Shown: positions 8,462 through 17,154 of the stretch, piece by piece
Numbering within the stretch: position 1 is the stretch's first letter
How the letters are laid out: each line of letters starts with the position of its first letter
Source of the DNA: Dehalococcoidia bacterium
Lineage (GTDB): Bacteria > Chloroflexota > Dehalococcoidia > Dehalococcoidales > BS750m-G39
Reading direction: 5' to 3'
Length of the DNA: 64,000 bases
NCBI GenBank assembly: GCA_050123275.1
Contig: JASFHK010000001.1
Location: 142,684-206,683, forward strand
The notes under the pieces: generated by a model
What the model was told of the DNA's origin: nothing
Databases searched by the model: none
Seen by the model: the letters and a program-made list of their open reading frames with translations, nothing else
Translations under genes and position numbers: made by a program

Positions 8462-9922
8462 CTACAATCCCCCCTCTTTCGGCTCCTTGTGCGTTCGGAA
8501 TATGGGCAGCTTCGACTTCCAGCGGTAGATACAATAGATGATAAAGCCCACCGCCATCCATATCAAACCCACCGAACGGCAGTAGGGCTGTGTAATCAGG
8601 ATAATAATCCAGATGCCGAAGGTGGCCAGCAGCCCCAGTATTGAAGTCAGGGGCAGCTCTCTTCTGGCTATCTTTATGTTCCAGCCCAGCTTGAAGGGGC
8701 GCTCCAGGTCGGGCTTTCTTATCCTCAAGCTTATTATGGAGGCGTGGGCGAACATGAAGGCCAGCAGCGAGCCGAAGGCGTAAAGCGCCCCCATGTCCTC
8801 GAAGACCTGGCCGCCGAAGAACCCCGGAATCAGAATGATAATCGCCACCAGGCTGAACAGGATGATAGAAATGTAGGGCGTCTTAAAGCGCGGGTGTATC
8901 TTGCTCAATGCGGAGGGCTGCAGTTTGTGGGTGCCCAGCGAGAAAGCCAGCCGCGAGATGCCGATAAGCCCGGCGTTGGTGGCGATGAGCAAAATAGAGC
9001 CGGCCAGCACGGCGATGAGCGGCTTGAGCACGTCCGATATCAACGTTATGGGGATATGGGCGGCGATGCCGGCCACCGGGTCGCGCGCCCACTCCGAGGC
9101 GAGCTCCTGCGGCGTCATCGCCGAGAGCGATACCAGCGAAATACCGGCGAAGATAACCAATACGGCCACAATCATCATCACCAGCGCCCGGGGGACCTTT
9201 CTTTCCGGCTTACGCGTCTCCTCCGCCATCTGGGACATGGTTTCTATGCCTGTGTAGGCGATAGAGGCCAGGGCGATGCCGAAGACCAGGTTTTCGGTGG
9301 TGGGCCAGTTATCTATCATGCGGTGGAAGAGCGTCACCGGGTCGAAGAGCAATATAAAGCCGATAACCACCAGCGCTATCTGGGTGGTTATATCCAGTAT
9401 GGCGGCGCCGATGTTCACCAGCGAGGTCTCTTTGATGCCGATGACGTTCATCGACATCAGGAAGAAGACGATGCCCATCGAGGTGGCCGTGCCCAGCGCC
9501 GGCGAGGTCTTGAAGGGTTCGAAGAAAAAGCCTAAGTAAGGCGGGATAGTGTAAGCCGAGATGGAGATGGTGACGATATAGCTCAGCATCAGCGCCCAGC
9601 CGGCGACAAAGCCGGCCATATCGTTAAAGCCGTGGCGGGCGAAGCTGGCCGAGCCGCCGGCTTCGGGCAGCAGGGCGGTGCCCTCGGCGTAGGTCAGAGC
9701 GGTGAAAATAAAGAGAATGCCGGCGATGCCCAGCGCGATGGGGGTGGCCCCCATGGCGATAACAGCCACGATGCCCAGCGCGTAGTAAATAGACGAGCCG
9801 ACATTGCCGTAGCCGGCGCTGAACAAAGCGGGAATTCCCAGCACGCGTCTTAAGCGGTTACGTTTTATGCGGCGGGGACGAAAAATCCGGTCGCCGGGTT
9901 TGGGACGGTAGTTATCTTGCAT
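8462..9922 (-). CDS. APC superfamily permease
   Basis: 486 aa with about 12 hydrophobic segments. N-terminal GYGNVGSSIYYALG motif typical of the APC family. Confidence 0.8.
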   Translation of the reverse strand: MQDNYRPKPGDRIFRPRRIKRNRLRRVLGIPALFSAGYGNVGSSIYYALGIVAVIAMGATPIALGIAGILFIFTALTYAEGTALLPEAGGSASFARHGFNDMAGFVAGWALMLSYIVTISISAYTIPPYLGFFFEPFKTSPALGTATSMGIVFFLMSMNVIGIKETSLVNIGAAILDITTQIALVVIGFILLFDPVTLFHRMIDNWPTTENLVFGIALASIAYTGIETMSQMAEETRKPERKVPRALVMMIVAVLVIFAGISLVSLSAMTPQELASEWARDPVAGIAAHIPITLISDVLKPLIAVLAGSILLIATNAGLIGISRLAFSLGTHKLQPSALSKIHPRFKTPYISIILFSLVAIIILIPGFFGGQVFEDMGALYAFGSLLAFMFAHASIISLRIRKPDLERPFKLGWNIKIARRELPLTSILGLLATFGIWIIILITQPYCRSVGLIWMAVGFIIYCIYRWKSKLPIFRTHKEPKEGGL

Positions 9923-10159
9923 GGTATATCAGTTTACTAACTATCCGCTTCTAGTCATATTCAAATGTGCCTGAAACCTTTCAGACTCTGGTAAAGTTTA
10001 TGCCCCCGAAGCGTTATCTGTCAACAACTTCTCCTGCTTGACAATTATTTGAGCCTCAACTAAACTCACCATGGTGTTAGTACTTCCTTCGGCTGTACCC
10101 CCAGTTTCTCCGGGACGGCCATTTAGATATCGGCTATAGGTCAAAGGAGGTTTAAAAGC

Positions 10160-10786
10160 GTGAAGTTCCCCTTTCTACCCCGTGAAGAAAAGTTCTTCGA
10201 TCTTTTTCAGGCCAGCGCCCAGAATGTGGTCGAGTCGGCCCGGCGGCTTAAGGAAATGGTGGACGACTGGGAAAACATCGAGGGTAGCCTGGACGAGATA
10301 ACCGCGCTGGAGCACAAGGGGGATACCATCACCCACGAAATTATGGCGCGGCTGCACCGTACCTTTATCACCCCTTTCGACCGCGAGGACATCGTCCAGC
10401 TGGCGCATTCACTGGACGACATTATCGACTTCATTCACGCCGCCGCCGACTCCATGATTTTATACCGGGTGAGCCGTCCCGGCGCCCGGGCCAAAGAGCT
10501 GGCCGAGATTATCGTCCAGGCGGCGGAAGAGGTGGAGAGGGTGATGCCCAACCTTCGGAAGCGCATCGTTTTAAGCCAGGTGCTCAAGCGCTGTGTCGAG
10601 ATTAACCGCCTGGAAAACGTCGCCGACCGGGTCTATCGCTCGGCGATGGCGGAGCTCTTTTCCGATTCGGCCGATATGGCCGACGTTATCAAGTGGCGCG
10701 AGATTTACGCCCATATGGAGAGCGCCACCGACCGCTGCGAAGATGTGGCTAACGTCCTCGAAGGGGTAGCCATCAAGCATGCCTGA
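10160..10786 (+). CDS. DUF47 (PhoU-like, YkaA-type) phosphate transport regulator
   Basis: 208 aa. Helical, EHKGDTITHEI motif. Translationally coupled to the PiT gene. Confidence 0.8.
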   Translation: MKFPFLPREEKFFDLFQASAQNVVESARRLKEMVDDWENIEGSLDEITALEHKGDTITHEIMARLHRTFITPFDREDIVQLAHSLDDIIDFIHAAADSMILYRVSRPGARAKELAEIIVQAAEEVERVMPNLRKRIVLSQVLKRCVEINRLENVADRVYRSAMAELFSDSADMADVIKWREIYAHMESATDRCEDVANVLEGVAIKHA

Positions 10787-11780
10787 TTTTGCCCTCGGTT
10801 ACCTGATAATAATTATCGTCTTTGCCGTCGGCTTCGGCCTGGTCAACGGCTTTAACGACGCCGCCAACGCCATCGCCGCCGCCATCGGCACCCGTTCTAT
10901 CTCCCCCCGCAATGCCGTCATCATGGCGGCTGTTCTCAACTGCGTCGGCGCCGCTACCGGCCTGGCGGTGGCCCGCACCATCGGTAAGGGTATTCTGATC
11001 CCCGAGGCGACGACCAACATCACGGTGCTGGCGGGGCTGGCTACCGTCATCGTCTGGGGCAGCCTGGCCACCTACTGGGGGCTGCCCATCAGCGTTACCC
11101 ACAGCTTTGTCAGCGGCCTGGCCGCCGCCGGCGCGGCTACGGTGGGGTTGGGGGCGATACAGTGGGGCGTCATGGCCCGCGTGCTTTCCTCGGTGGCGAT
11201 AGCGCCCGTCCTCGGCTTCGTGGTCGGCTTCGCCATCATGATTGCCCTCTTCTGGATATTCCGTCACAGCGCCCCCGCCTGGATGCGGGTGCTTTTCAGC
11301 CGTTTGCAGTGGGTGACGACCGCCTTTCTGGCCTACAGCCACGGCAAGAACGACGGCCAGATGCCCATCGGCGTCATCACCATGGCGCTGGTCATCTATA
11401 CCGGCCAGGCCACGCTCTGGGACAGCGTCCCCTGGTGGGTAATCGCTATCTCGGCGCTGGCCATAAGCTCGGGGACGGCTATCGGCGGCTGGCGGGTGAT
11501 TAAAACGCTGGGGATGAGAGTGACCAACATGCAGCCGGTGCAAGGCTTCGCCGTCAACCTCTCGGCGGCGGTGGTTATCGAAGGCGCTTCGATTTTGGGT
11601 ATTCCGGTGAGCACTACCCACTGCGTCAGCACTTCCATTATGGGCGTAGGGGCGACGCGGAGGTTTTCGGCGGTGCGCTGGGGGTTGGCGGGCAACATCG
11701 TGGCCGCCTGGATACTGACCTTTCCTATCTGCGGAGGGTTGGGTTATCTCTTCGGCTGGCTGCTGAAGATGATAGTCTAG
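10779..11780 (+). CDS. inorganic phosphate transporter, PiT family
   Basis: 333 aa. GFNDAANAIA and later GKNDGQ signature repeats. Confidence 0.9.
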   Translation: MPDFALGYLIIIIVFAVGFGLVNGFNDAANAIAAAIGTRSISPRNAVIMAAVLNCVGAATGLAVARTIGKGILIPEATTNITVLAGLATVIVWGSLATYWGLPISVTHSFVSGLAAAGAATVGLGAIQWGVMARVLSSVAIAPVLGFVVGFAIMIALFWIFRHSAPAWMRVLFSRLQWVTTAFLAYSHGKNDGQMPIGVITMALVIYTGQATLWDSVPWWVIAISALAISSGTAIGGWRVIKTLGMRVTNMQPVQGFAVNLSAAVVIEGASILGIPVSTTHCVSTSIMGVGATRRFSAVRWGLAGNIVAAWILTFPICGGLGYLFGWLLKMIV

Positions 11781-11785
11781 CCGAT

Positions 11786-12406
11786 TTAGAGGCTGATTTT
11801 ACGCGGCGAGCGGCGGCACTTCTCGGCGGTGATAATGGCGGCGATGGTCTCGGCGGCGCGCTCGATTTCATCTCTCTCGTTAAAAACGACGTAGTCGAAG
11901 AGGTGTAGCTGTTTCATCTCCTCGGTGACGGTCTTCAACCTCAAATCGCAATCGACCTCGGACTCGGTCTTGCGCTCGCGGAGCCGGCTCTCCAGCTCCT
12001 CCTCGGTGGGGCAGGTGAGGAAGATAAAGACCGCCTCGGGCACTATTTTCTTAATCGTGGCCGCCCCCTGGACGTCCACCTTGACGATGGTATCCATTCC
12101 CGCCGCCAGGGCTTCCCTTACCGGCGCCTTGGGCACGCCGTACCAGTTGCCGTAGACGTTGGCGTATTCCAGCAACTCGTTGTCTTCCAGCATCTTGCGG
12201 AAATCTGTTTCGGGGACGAATTTATAGTCCACGTTGTCTTTCTCGTTGGCCCGCTTGGGGCGGGTGGTGTTGGTAATGATAAACCGTGCCGGATAGCCCG
12301 TTCGCTTCATCTGGTTCAAAACGGCATCCTTGCCCGCTCCGGAGGGGCCGGAGAGGACGATGAGCAGCGGGCTGGTGGGGATATTATTAAGGTTCGTCTT
12401 TTTCAT
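11786..12406 (-). CDS. gmk: guanylate kinase
   Basis: 206 aa. P-loop [17 protein letters not shown] motifs. Confidence 0.9.
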   Translation of the reverse strand: MKKTNLNNIPTSPLLIVLSGPSGAGKDAVLNQMKRTGYPARFIITNTTRPKRANEKDNVDYKFVPETDFRKMLEDNELLEYANVYGNWYGVPKAPVREALAAGMDTIVKVDVQGAATIKKIVPEAVFIFLTCPTEEELESRLRERKTESEVDCDLRLKTVTEEMKQLHLFDYVVFNERDEIERAAETIAAIITAEKCRRSPRKISL

Positions 12407-12680
12407 CGGCTGGGTCTGGCTTTATCAATGAGCCGCCCCGGCTGGCCTGGAGCCGGCCGGCAATGGTTTCCGGGGCAAGTGCGCCCAGTATAATATGGCC
12501 GCTATCGGTAAAGATAACGGCTTTGGTTCTACGGCCGCTGGTCATGTCAATCAGCAACCCCTTGTTTTTGCTTTGCTGGATGGTCCGTTTGGTCGGCGCG
12601 GAATTTGGCGAAGCGATGGCGATGACTCTGTTTACGGAAAGTATGTTACCAAATCCGATATGAATAAGCTCGGTGACCAT
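12387..12680 (-). CDS. remA: RemA/DUF370 family regulator
   Basis: [49 protein letters not shown]. Start moved to ATG 12680, which has GAGGTG 6 nt upstream. Confidence 0.85.
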   Translation of the reverse strand: MVTELIHIGFGNILSVNRVIAIASPNSAPTKRTIQQSKNKGLLIDMTSGRRTKAVIFTDSGHIILGALAPETIAGRLQASRGGSLIKPDPADEKDEP

Positions 12681-12840
12681 GTTTAACACCTCGGCAGATT
12701 ACTTTTTGTGATGTCGGGGTTTTTTTACGATAGTTCAACAATCGGTGATAACGACCACCCCTTCCTCTGTAGAAAATGGGATGCTTAATATAATATACCT
12801 TTAACATTGTTTAGGCAACGGCTTTCAGGCACAGGACAAC

Positions 12841-12869
12841 TTGAATTTTTTCGGATTAGCTGCTATTCT
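12841..12869 (+). promoter_or_regulatory. candidate sigma-70 promoter for the nfnAB-like operon
   Basis: TTGAAT (12841-12846), 17-nt spacer, then TGcTATTCT extended -10 (12861-12869). Confidence 0.35.
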
Positions 12870-12906
12870 TTCTGGGGTTTAATCGTTCATGAGAGACTAT
12901 CTAGGG

Positions 12907-12946
12907 GGCTATCTCCCATCACCGCTACGGAGGTAGCCTTTTTATT
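12907..12946 (+). terminator. terminator-like hairpin inside the 5' leader of the nfnAB-like operon (attenuator candidate)
   Basis: GGCTATCTCC (12907-12916) pairs with GGAGGTAGCC (12929-12938) with 1 mismatch, followed by TTTTTATT. Lies 12 nt before the SD of the TTG start at 12972. Confidence 0.4.
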
Positions 12947-12971
12947 CAAACTTTTTTCGAGGTGAGCCGCT

Positions 12972-13802
12972 TTGTATAAGATTTTAGCTAAAGAAGACCT
13001 GGTGCCCCAGATTCACCTGTTCAAGATGGAGGCGCCGGCCGTGGCCAAAAAGGCGCGGGCGGGCCAGTTCGTCGTGGTCAGGATTGACGAAAAGGGCGAG
13101 CGCATTCCGCTGACCATCGCCGACTACGACCAGAAAGAAGGCACCGTCACCATCGTCTTTATGGAGGTGGGGGCCACCACCGCCCGCCTGGCTAAGCTCA
13201 ATGCCGGCGACAGCGTCGCCGACTTCGTGGGGCCGCTGGGCGTGCCCGCCGAAATCGAGAACTACGGCACCGTCGTCTGCGTGGCCGGCGGCGTGGGCGC
13301 CGCTCCGGTAGCGCCCATCGCCCGCGCTTTAAAGCAGGCGGGCAACAAGATAATCACCATTTTGGGGGCGCGCTCCAAAGAGCTGCTCTTCTGGGAAGAC
13401 GTGCTTAAAGCCAGCAGCGACCGCATGATTGTCACCACCGACGACGGCACCTACGGGCTTAAGGGCGTCGTCACCGAGCCGCTCAAGGAGCTTCTGGAAA
13501 GCGAAAAGATCGACCGCGTCGTCGCCATCGGCCCCGTGGTCATGATGAAGTTCTGCTCGCTGACCACCCAGCCCTTCGGGGTCAAGACCATCGTTAGCCT
13601 CAACCCCATCATGGTGGACGGCACCGGGATGTGCGGCTGCTGCCGCGTCGCCGTCGGCGGCGAGACCAAGTTCGCCTGCGTCGACGGCCCCGATTTCGAC
13701 GGTCACCAGGTCGACTGGGACCTGATGGGCGCCCGCCAGCAAATCTACGTCGAAGAAGAAAGATGTGCTTTTGAGGAGTGGCAAAAAAGCCACTCGTCCT
13801 GA
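12972..13802 (+). CDS. sulfide/dihydroorotate dehydrogenase-like FAD/NAD-binding subunit (NfnA-like)
   Basis: 276 aa. Ferredoxin-reductase-type fold and C-terminal 2Fe-2S Cys cluster GTGMCGCCRV..FACVDGP. Confidence 0.8.
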   Translation: MYKILAKEDLVPQIHLFKMEAPAVAKKARAGQFVVVRIDEKGERIPLTIADYDQKEGTVTIVFMEVGATTARLAKLNAGDSVADFVGPLGVPAEIENYGTVVCVAGGVGAAPVAPIARALKQAGNKIITILGARSKELLFWEDVLKASSDRMIVTTDDGTYGLKGVVTEPLKELLESEKIDRVVAIGPVVMMKFCSLTTQPFGVKTIVSLNPIMVDGTGMCGCCRVAVGGETKFACVDGPDFDGHQVDWDLMGARQQIYVEEERCAFEEWQKSHSS

Positions 13803-13813
13803 GGAGTTAGTCA

Positions 13814-15205
13814 ATGGCCAAACTGAATCTTAACCGTGTGCCCATGCCCCGCCAGGAGCCCCGGGAAAGGGCCCAAAACTTTAAGGAAGTCGCCCTGGGC
13901 TACAGCCTGGAGCAGGCTAAAGAGGAAGCCTCCCGCTGCATCCAGTGCCCCAAGCGCAACTGCGTCGCGGGCTGCCCGGTGAACGTCGACATCCCCGATT
14001 TCATCAAGGCCATCCGCGAGGGCGATATGCCCGAAGCGGTCAGGGTCTTAAAGAGCAAGAACGCGCTGCCCGGCATCTGCGGGCGCGTTTGCCCCCAGGA
14101 GTCACAGTGCGAGTCCAAGTGCACCCTGGCGGCCAAGGACGCCCCCATCGCCATCGGGCGGCTGGAGCGCTTTGTCGCCGACTGGGAGCGGGAAAACAAG
14201 GCGAGCCAGGCTCCCGAGCTGCCTAAAGCTACCGGCAAAAAAGTGGCCGTGGTCGGCTCGGGCCCGGCGGGCTTAACCGCCGCCGCCGACCTGGCCAAGC
14301 TGGGCCACAGCGTCACCATCTTCGAGGCATTGCACGTGGCCGGCGGCGTTTTGATGTACGGCATCCCCGAGTTCCGTTTGCCCAAGGCAATCGTCCAGGC
14401 CGAGGTGGACTATGTCGCCTCTTTGGGCGTTAAAATCGAGCTGGACGCGGTGATCGGCAAGCTGGATACCGTGGACGAGCTTTTGGCCGACGGCTTCGAC
14501 GCCGTTTTTCTGGGCACGGGCGCCGGTCTGCCCATGTTTTTGGGCTATCCCAGCGAGAACCTGAACGGCATCTACTCGGCCAACGAGTTTTTGACCCGCG
14601 TCAACCTGATGAAGGCCTATCTCTTCCCCAACTACGACACGCCGGTCAAGATAGGCAAGCGGGTGGCCGTCATCGGCGGCGGCAACGTGGCCATGGACTC
14701 GGCGCGCTGTGCGTTGCGTTTGGGCGCCGACAAGGTCTACATCATCTACCGCCGCTCCGAAGTGGAGCTTCCCGCCCGTAAGGAAGAGGTGGAGAACGCC
14801 CAGGAAGAGGGCATCGAGTTCAAGTACCTGACCAACCCCAAGCGCTTTATCGGCGACGATAAGAACTGGGTGGTGGGCATGGAGTGCCACCAGATGGAGC
14901 TGGGCGAGCCCGACGACAGCGGGCGGCGCCGCCCCGTGGTTAAAGAGGGCAGCGAGTTCGTTATCGATGTCGACGAGGTCATCATCGCGCTGGGCACCCG
15001 CCCCAACCCGCTTATCGCTTCCACTACCGAGGGTCTGGAAACGACCAAATGGGGCACCGTGGTGGCTAATGAGGAGACGTTGAAGACGGTGAAGGACAAG
15101 GTCTGGGCGGGCGGCGATATCGTTACCGGTGCGGCCACGGTGATTAGCGCCATGGGCGCGGGCAAGATTGCCTCGGCGGACATGGACAAGTTTTTGAGGG
15201 GCTAA
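13814..15205 (+). CDS. NADPH-dependent glutamate synthase small-chain homologue (NfnB/GltD-like)
   Basis: 463 aa. CIQCPKRNCVAGCP and CGRVCP Fe-S motifs. VAVVGSGPAGL and VIGGGNVAMD dinucleotide folds. Confidence 0.85.
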   Translation: MAKLNLNRVPMPRQEPRERAQNFKEVALGYSLEQAKEEASRCIQCPKRNCVAGCPVNVDIPDFIKAIREGDMPEAVRVLKSKNALPGICGRVCPQESQCESKCTLAAKDAPIAIGRLERFVADWERENKASQAPELPKATGKKVAVVGSGPAGLTAAADLAKLGHSVTIFEALHVAGGVLMYGIPEFRLPKAIVQAEVDYVASLGVKIELDAVIGKLDTVDELLADGFDAVFLGTGAGLPMFLGYPSENLNGIYSANEFLTRVNLMKAYLFPNYDTPVKIGKRVAVIGGGNVAMDSARCALRLGADKVYIIYRRSEVELPARKEEVENAQEEGIEFKYLTNPKRFIGDDKNWVVGMECHQMELGEPDDSGRRRPVVKEGSEFVIDVDEVIIALGTRPNPLIASTTEGLETTKWGTVVANEETLKTVKDKVWAGGDIVTGAATVISAMGAGKIASADMDKFLRG

Positions 15206-15256
15206 GAGTTAGTTGGGGGGTAGGGTATAATAACCTAGCGGCGTAAGAATTAGCAG

Positions 15257-15451
15257 CTAACTGTCTCCGATATGCCTTGAGCCAACTACTTGATGGGCCA
15301 AAGCATTCCAGTTGTCGGCTTGCTTTGGAATAACTTGGAGTGTCTCAGACTCTTCCTTGAGTATTTGGGCAGTGACTTCTTTGTAAATGGCATCCTCCTC
15401 CCCCTTCCCAAGTAGCTCTTCGATTGGTGGTAATGCTTCTTTTTTCATCAC
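15257..15451 (-). CDS. hypothetical acidic 64-aa protein (AT-rich islet 1)
   Basis: Its start ATG overlaps the stop of the upstream 498-aa ORF (ATGA at 15448-15451). Composition matches the islet. Confidence 0.5.
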   Translation of the reverse strand: MMKKEALPPIEELLGKGEEDAIYKEVTAQILKEESETLQVIPKQADNWNALAHQVVGSRHIGDS

Positions 15452-16944
15452 ATTTCCCCCAAGTTGTGGGTATATTGGTTAAATTCCTCGGGTGCATCAT
15501 GAATTTTATGGGACCGTCCTTCGACTGTCAAGGTATTTTGTAACCGTATATATATGTTGGCGTCTTCGTTCGGGTTGGCGGTCGAGTCCATTACAATTTC
15601 TGCAGTACATTTACCTTGCCGATAAAGACTAACGGGGCCAGCCTCCATAACCCATATGAAGTGAGGTAACTCCATTCGAGTCACAATGTAGTTTAACATA
15701 TCGGGTTTCCTGCGATCAATTGCTTGGACTTTCCGCCGCTGGAACGAAGTGTTTGTTGTCAAGAATAATCTGAGTACGATTGGTTCATCTTTGGCGCTTA
15801 TTTTTTGTTTATAAGCTAAGAGATACCTCCTTGCTTTTTTTCGCACTCGATTGGCAGGGAGGAATACTTTCTCGGGGAGGGGGCAAACTGCTGTGATCAT
15901 TGATTTCATACTGATGCCTTGGGGCTCTGTGACCTCCGGATTTGTTGCGTAGGCTCTGCCATAGTTCTGCTCATCATTGAAATCACCAAGCAATTGGTAG
16001 GGCGGGAAATTATCGTCCACTACAATAAATCGGTCATGAAAAGAAGAACTATCAACGAAACCGTCTACGTCTGCATCGGGGGATTTAGCATAATCAATCG
16101 TATGACCGATTATTGTTATGACATGCCCAAGAAAGCTAGTCAACGCTGGAAAACCCGATTCGAGATAAGCACATAAATCCAGATATTCCTCATTGTTGAA
16201 AACCAAGCTACCTAAAGGATTGGTGCCAAACCTGCGAATTCTCATTATACAAGGGTGAACTCCAAACTCAGATAATATACGAGAGTAATCTGAATATGTC
16301 ATACCTCGGTAGGGGAACGTTCTGCCTTGACTTGGTTCAGTCAGGTTTATCAAATCAAATGGGTACGTCTCCCCATACATGGAATATTTTTCTGATAAAT
16401 ACCTACATACCCCCCATAAAGCAGTGTGCGCGCAGACGGTAACGTCTACATCTTGAGACATATAGGGATAACCGCTAGCTATGAAATGCTGCCCTCCGAT
16501 GTGAGTCTTGAAGTCGGCTGTTAAGCAATAAGGTTTTGCTGATTTGAATTTCGCCAGTTTTTGAGGGTTTATAACTGTGCGACCGATACATCTTTCAGCG
16601 ACTGGTCGTATTACGCTATAGCCGATATAGCTTTTTCTATAGGATTGCGGGTTTAAAACCAAGTCATCCACGTTCACATCGGGGACATCAAAGAAATGAA
16701 GGCGGTTGGTGTACTTAGGAATTCGCTCGTGTTTCTTTGAGTAAAAGTGGGAATATAAGTTTCGATGATCTTTGCAAACATAATTTGGCTCAAATACGAT
16801 ACTTCGTACTGTGTCAGCTAGTAGCGAGGTGAGCATTCTCCTCCCCCAAGGGGAGAGGTTCGTACAGGTAGACTGTAGCTTATTCCAGTCTTCACTCCTG
16901 TGCGTGTCTCTGATATTGAATGTTTGTCGTTCAGAAAGAAACAT
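15448..16944 (-). CDS. hypothetical protein with papain-fold-like Gln/Cys..His..Asp motif order (candidate thiol peptidase)
   Basis: 498 aa. SQDVDVTVCAHTALWGVCRYL (Cys codon 16432-16434), GHVITIIGH, FIVVDDN. AT-rich. An alternative start at Met37 is possible. Confidence 0.6.
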   Translation of the reverse strand: MFLSERQTFNIRDTHRSEDWNKLQSTCTNLSPWGRRMLTSLLADTVRSIVFEPNYVCKDHRNLYSHFYSKKHERIPKYTNRLHFFDVPDVNVDDLVLNPQSYRKSYIGYSVIRPVAERCIGRTVINPQKLAKFKSAKPYCLTADFKTHIGGQHFIASGYPYMSQDVDVTVCAHTALWGVCRYLSEKYSMYGETYPFDLINLTEPSQGRTFPYRGMTYSDYSRILSEFGVHPCIMRIRRFGTNPLGSLVFNNEEYLDLCAYLESGFPALTSFLGHVITIIGHTIDYAKSPDADVDGFVDSSSFHDRFIVVDDNFPPYQLLGDFNDEQNYGRAYATNPEVTEPQGISMKSMITAVCPLPEKVFLPANRVRKKARRYLLAYKQKISAKDEPIVLRLFLTTNTSFQRRKVQAIDRRKPDMLNYIVTRMELPHFIWVMEAGPVSLYRQGKCTAEIVMDSTANPNEDANIYIRLQNTLTVEGRSHKIHDAPEEFNQYTHNLGEM

Positions 16945-17154
16945 CGGCTACAACTTCTGAATTGTGCCGATGCAATTATTCCAGAGAATTCTTCCCGTGT
17001 CAACCCTTTGCGGACATATTTTGTTCCCCAAAGGGGAAAACTCTAAATACTAATCTCTAAATTCCAAATTTTTAGGATTTCGGATTTCGTGCTTCGAATT
17101 TCACTTTAGGTGTTTTTTCTAGTAAAATTGTCTCTGATTCTGTGAGGTGAAAAA

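Noticed and set aside
16818-17003. 61-aa minus-strand ORF overlapping the start of the 498-aa gene
   Set aside because: It is in a different frame over the promoter/start region of the larger ORF, with no SD and no motif.
15206-17146. Islet 1 (and the other AT-rich islets) as integrated mobile elements with att-type direct repeats
   Set aside because: I found no integrase, transposase or tRNA gene, and no convincing flanking direct or inverted repeats by eye. They are therefore reported only as compositionally atypical insertions.
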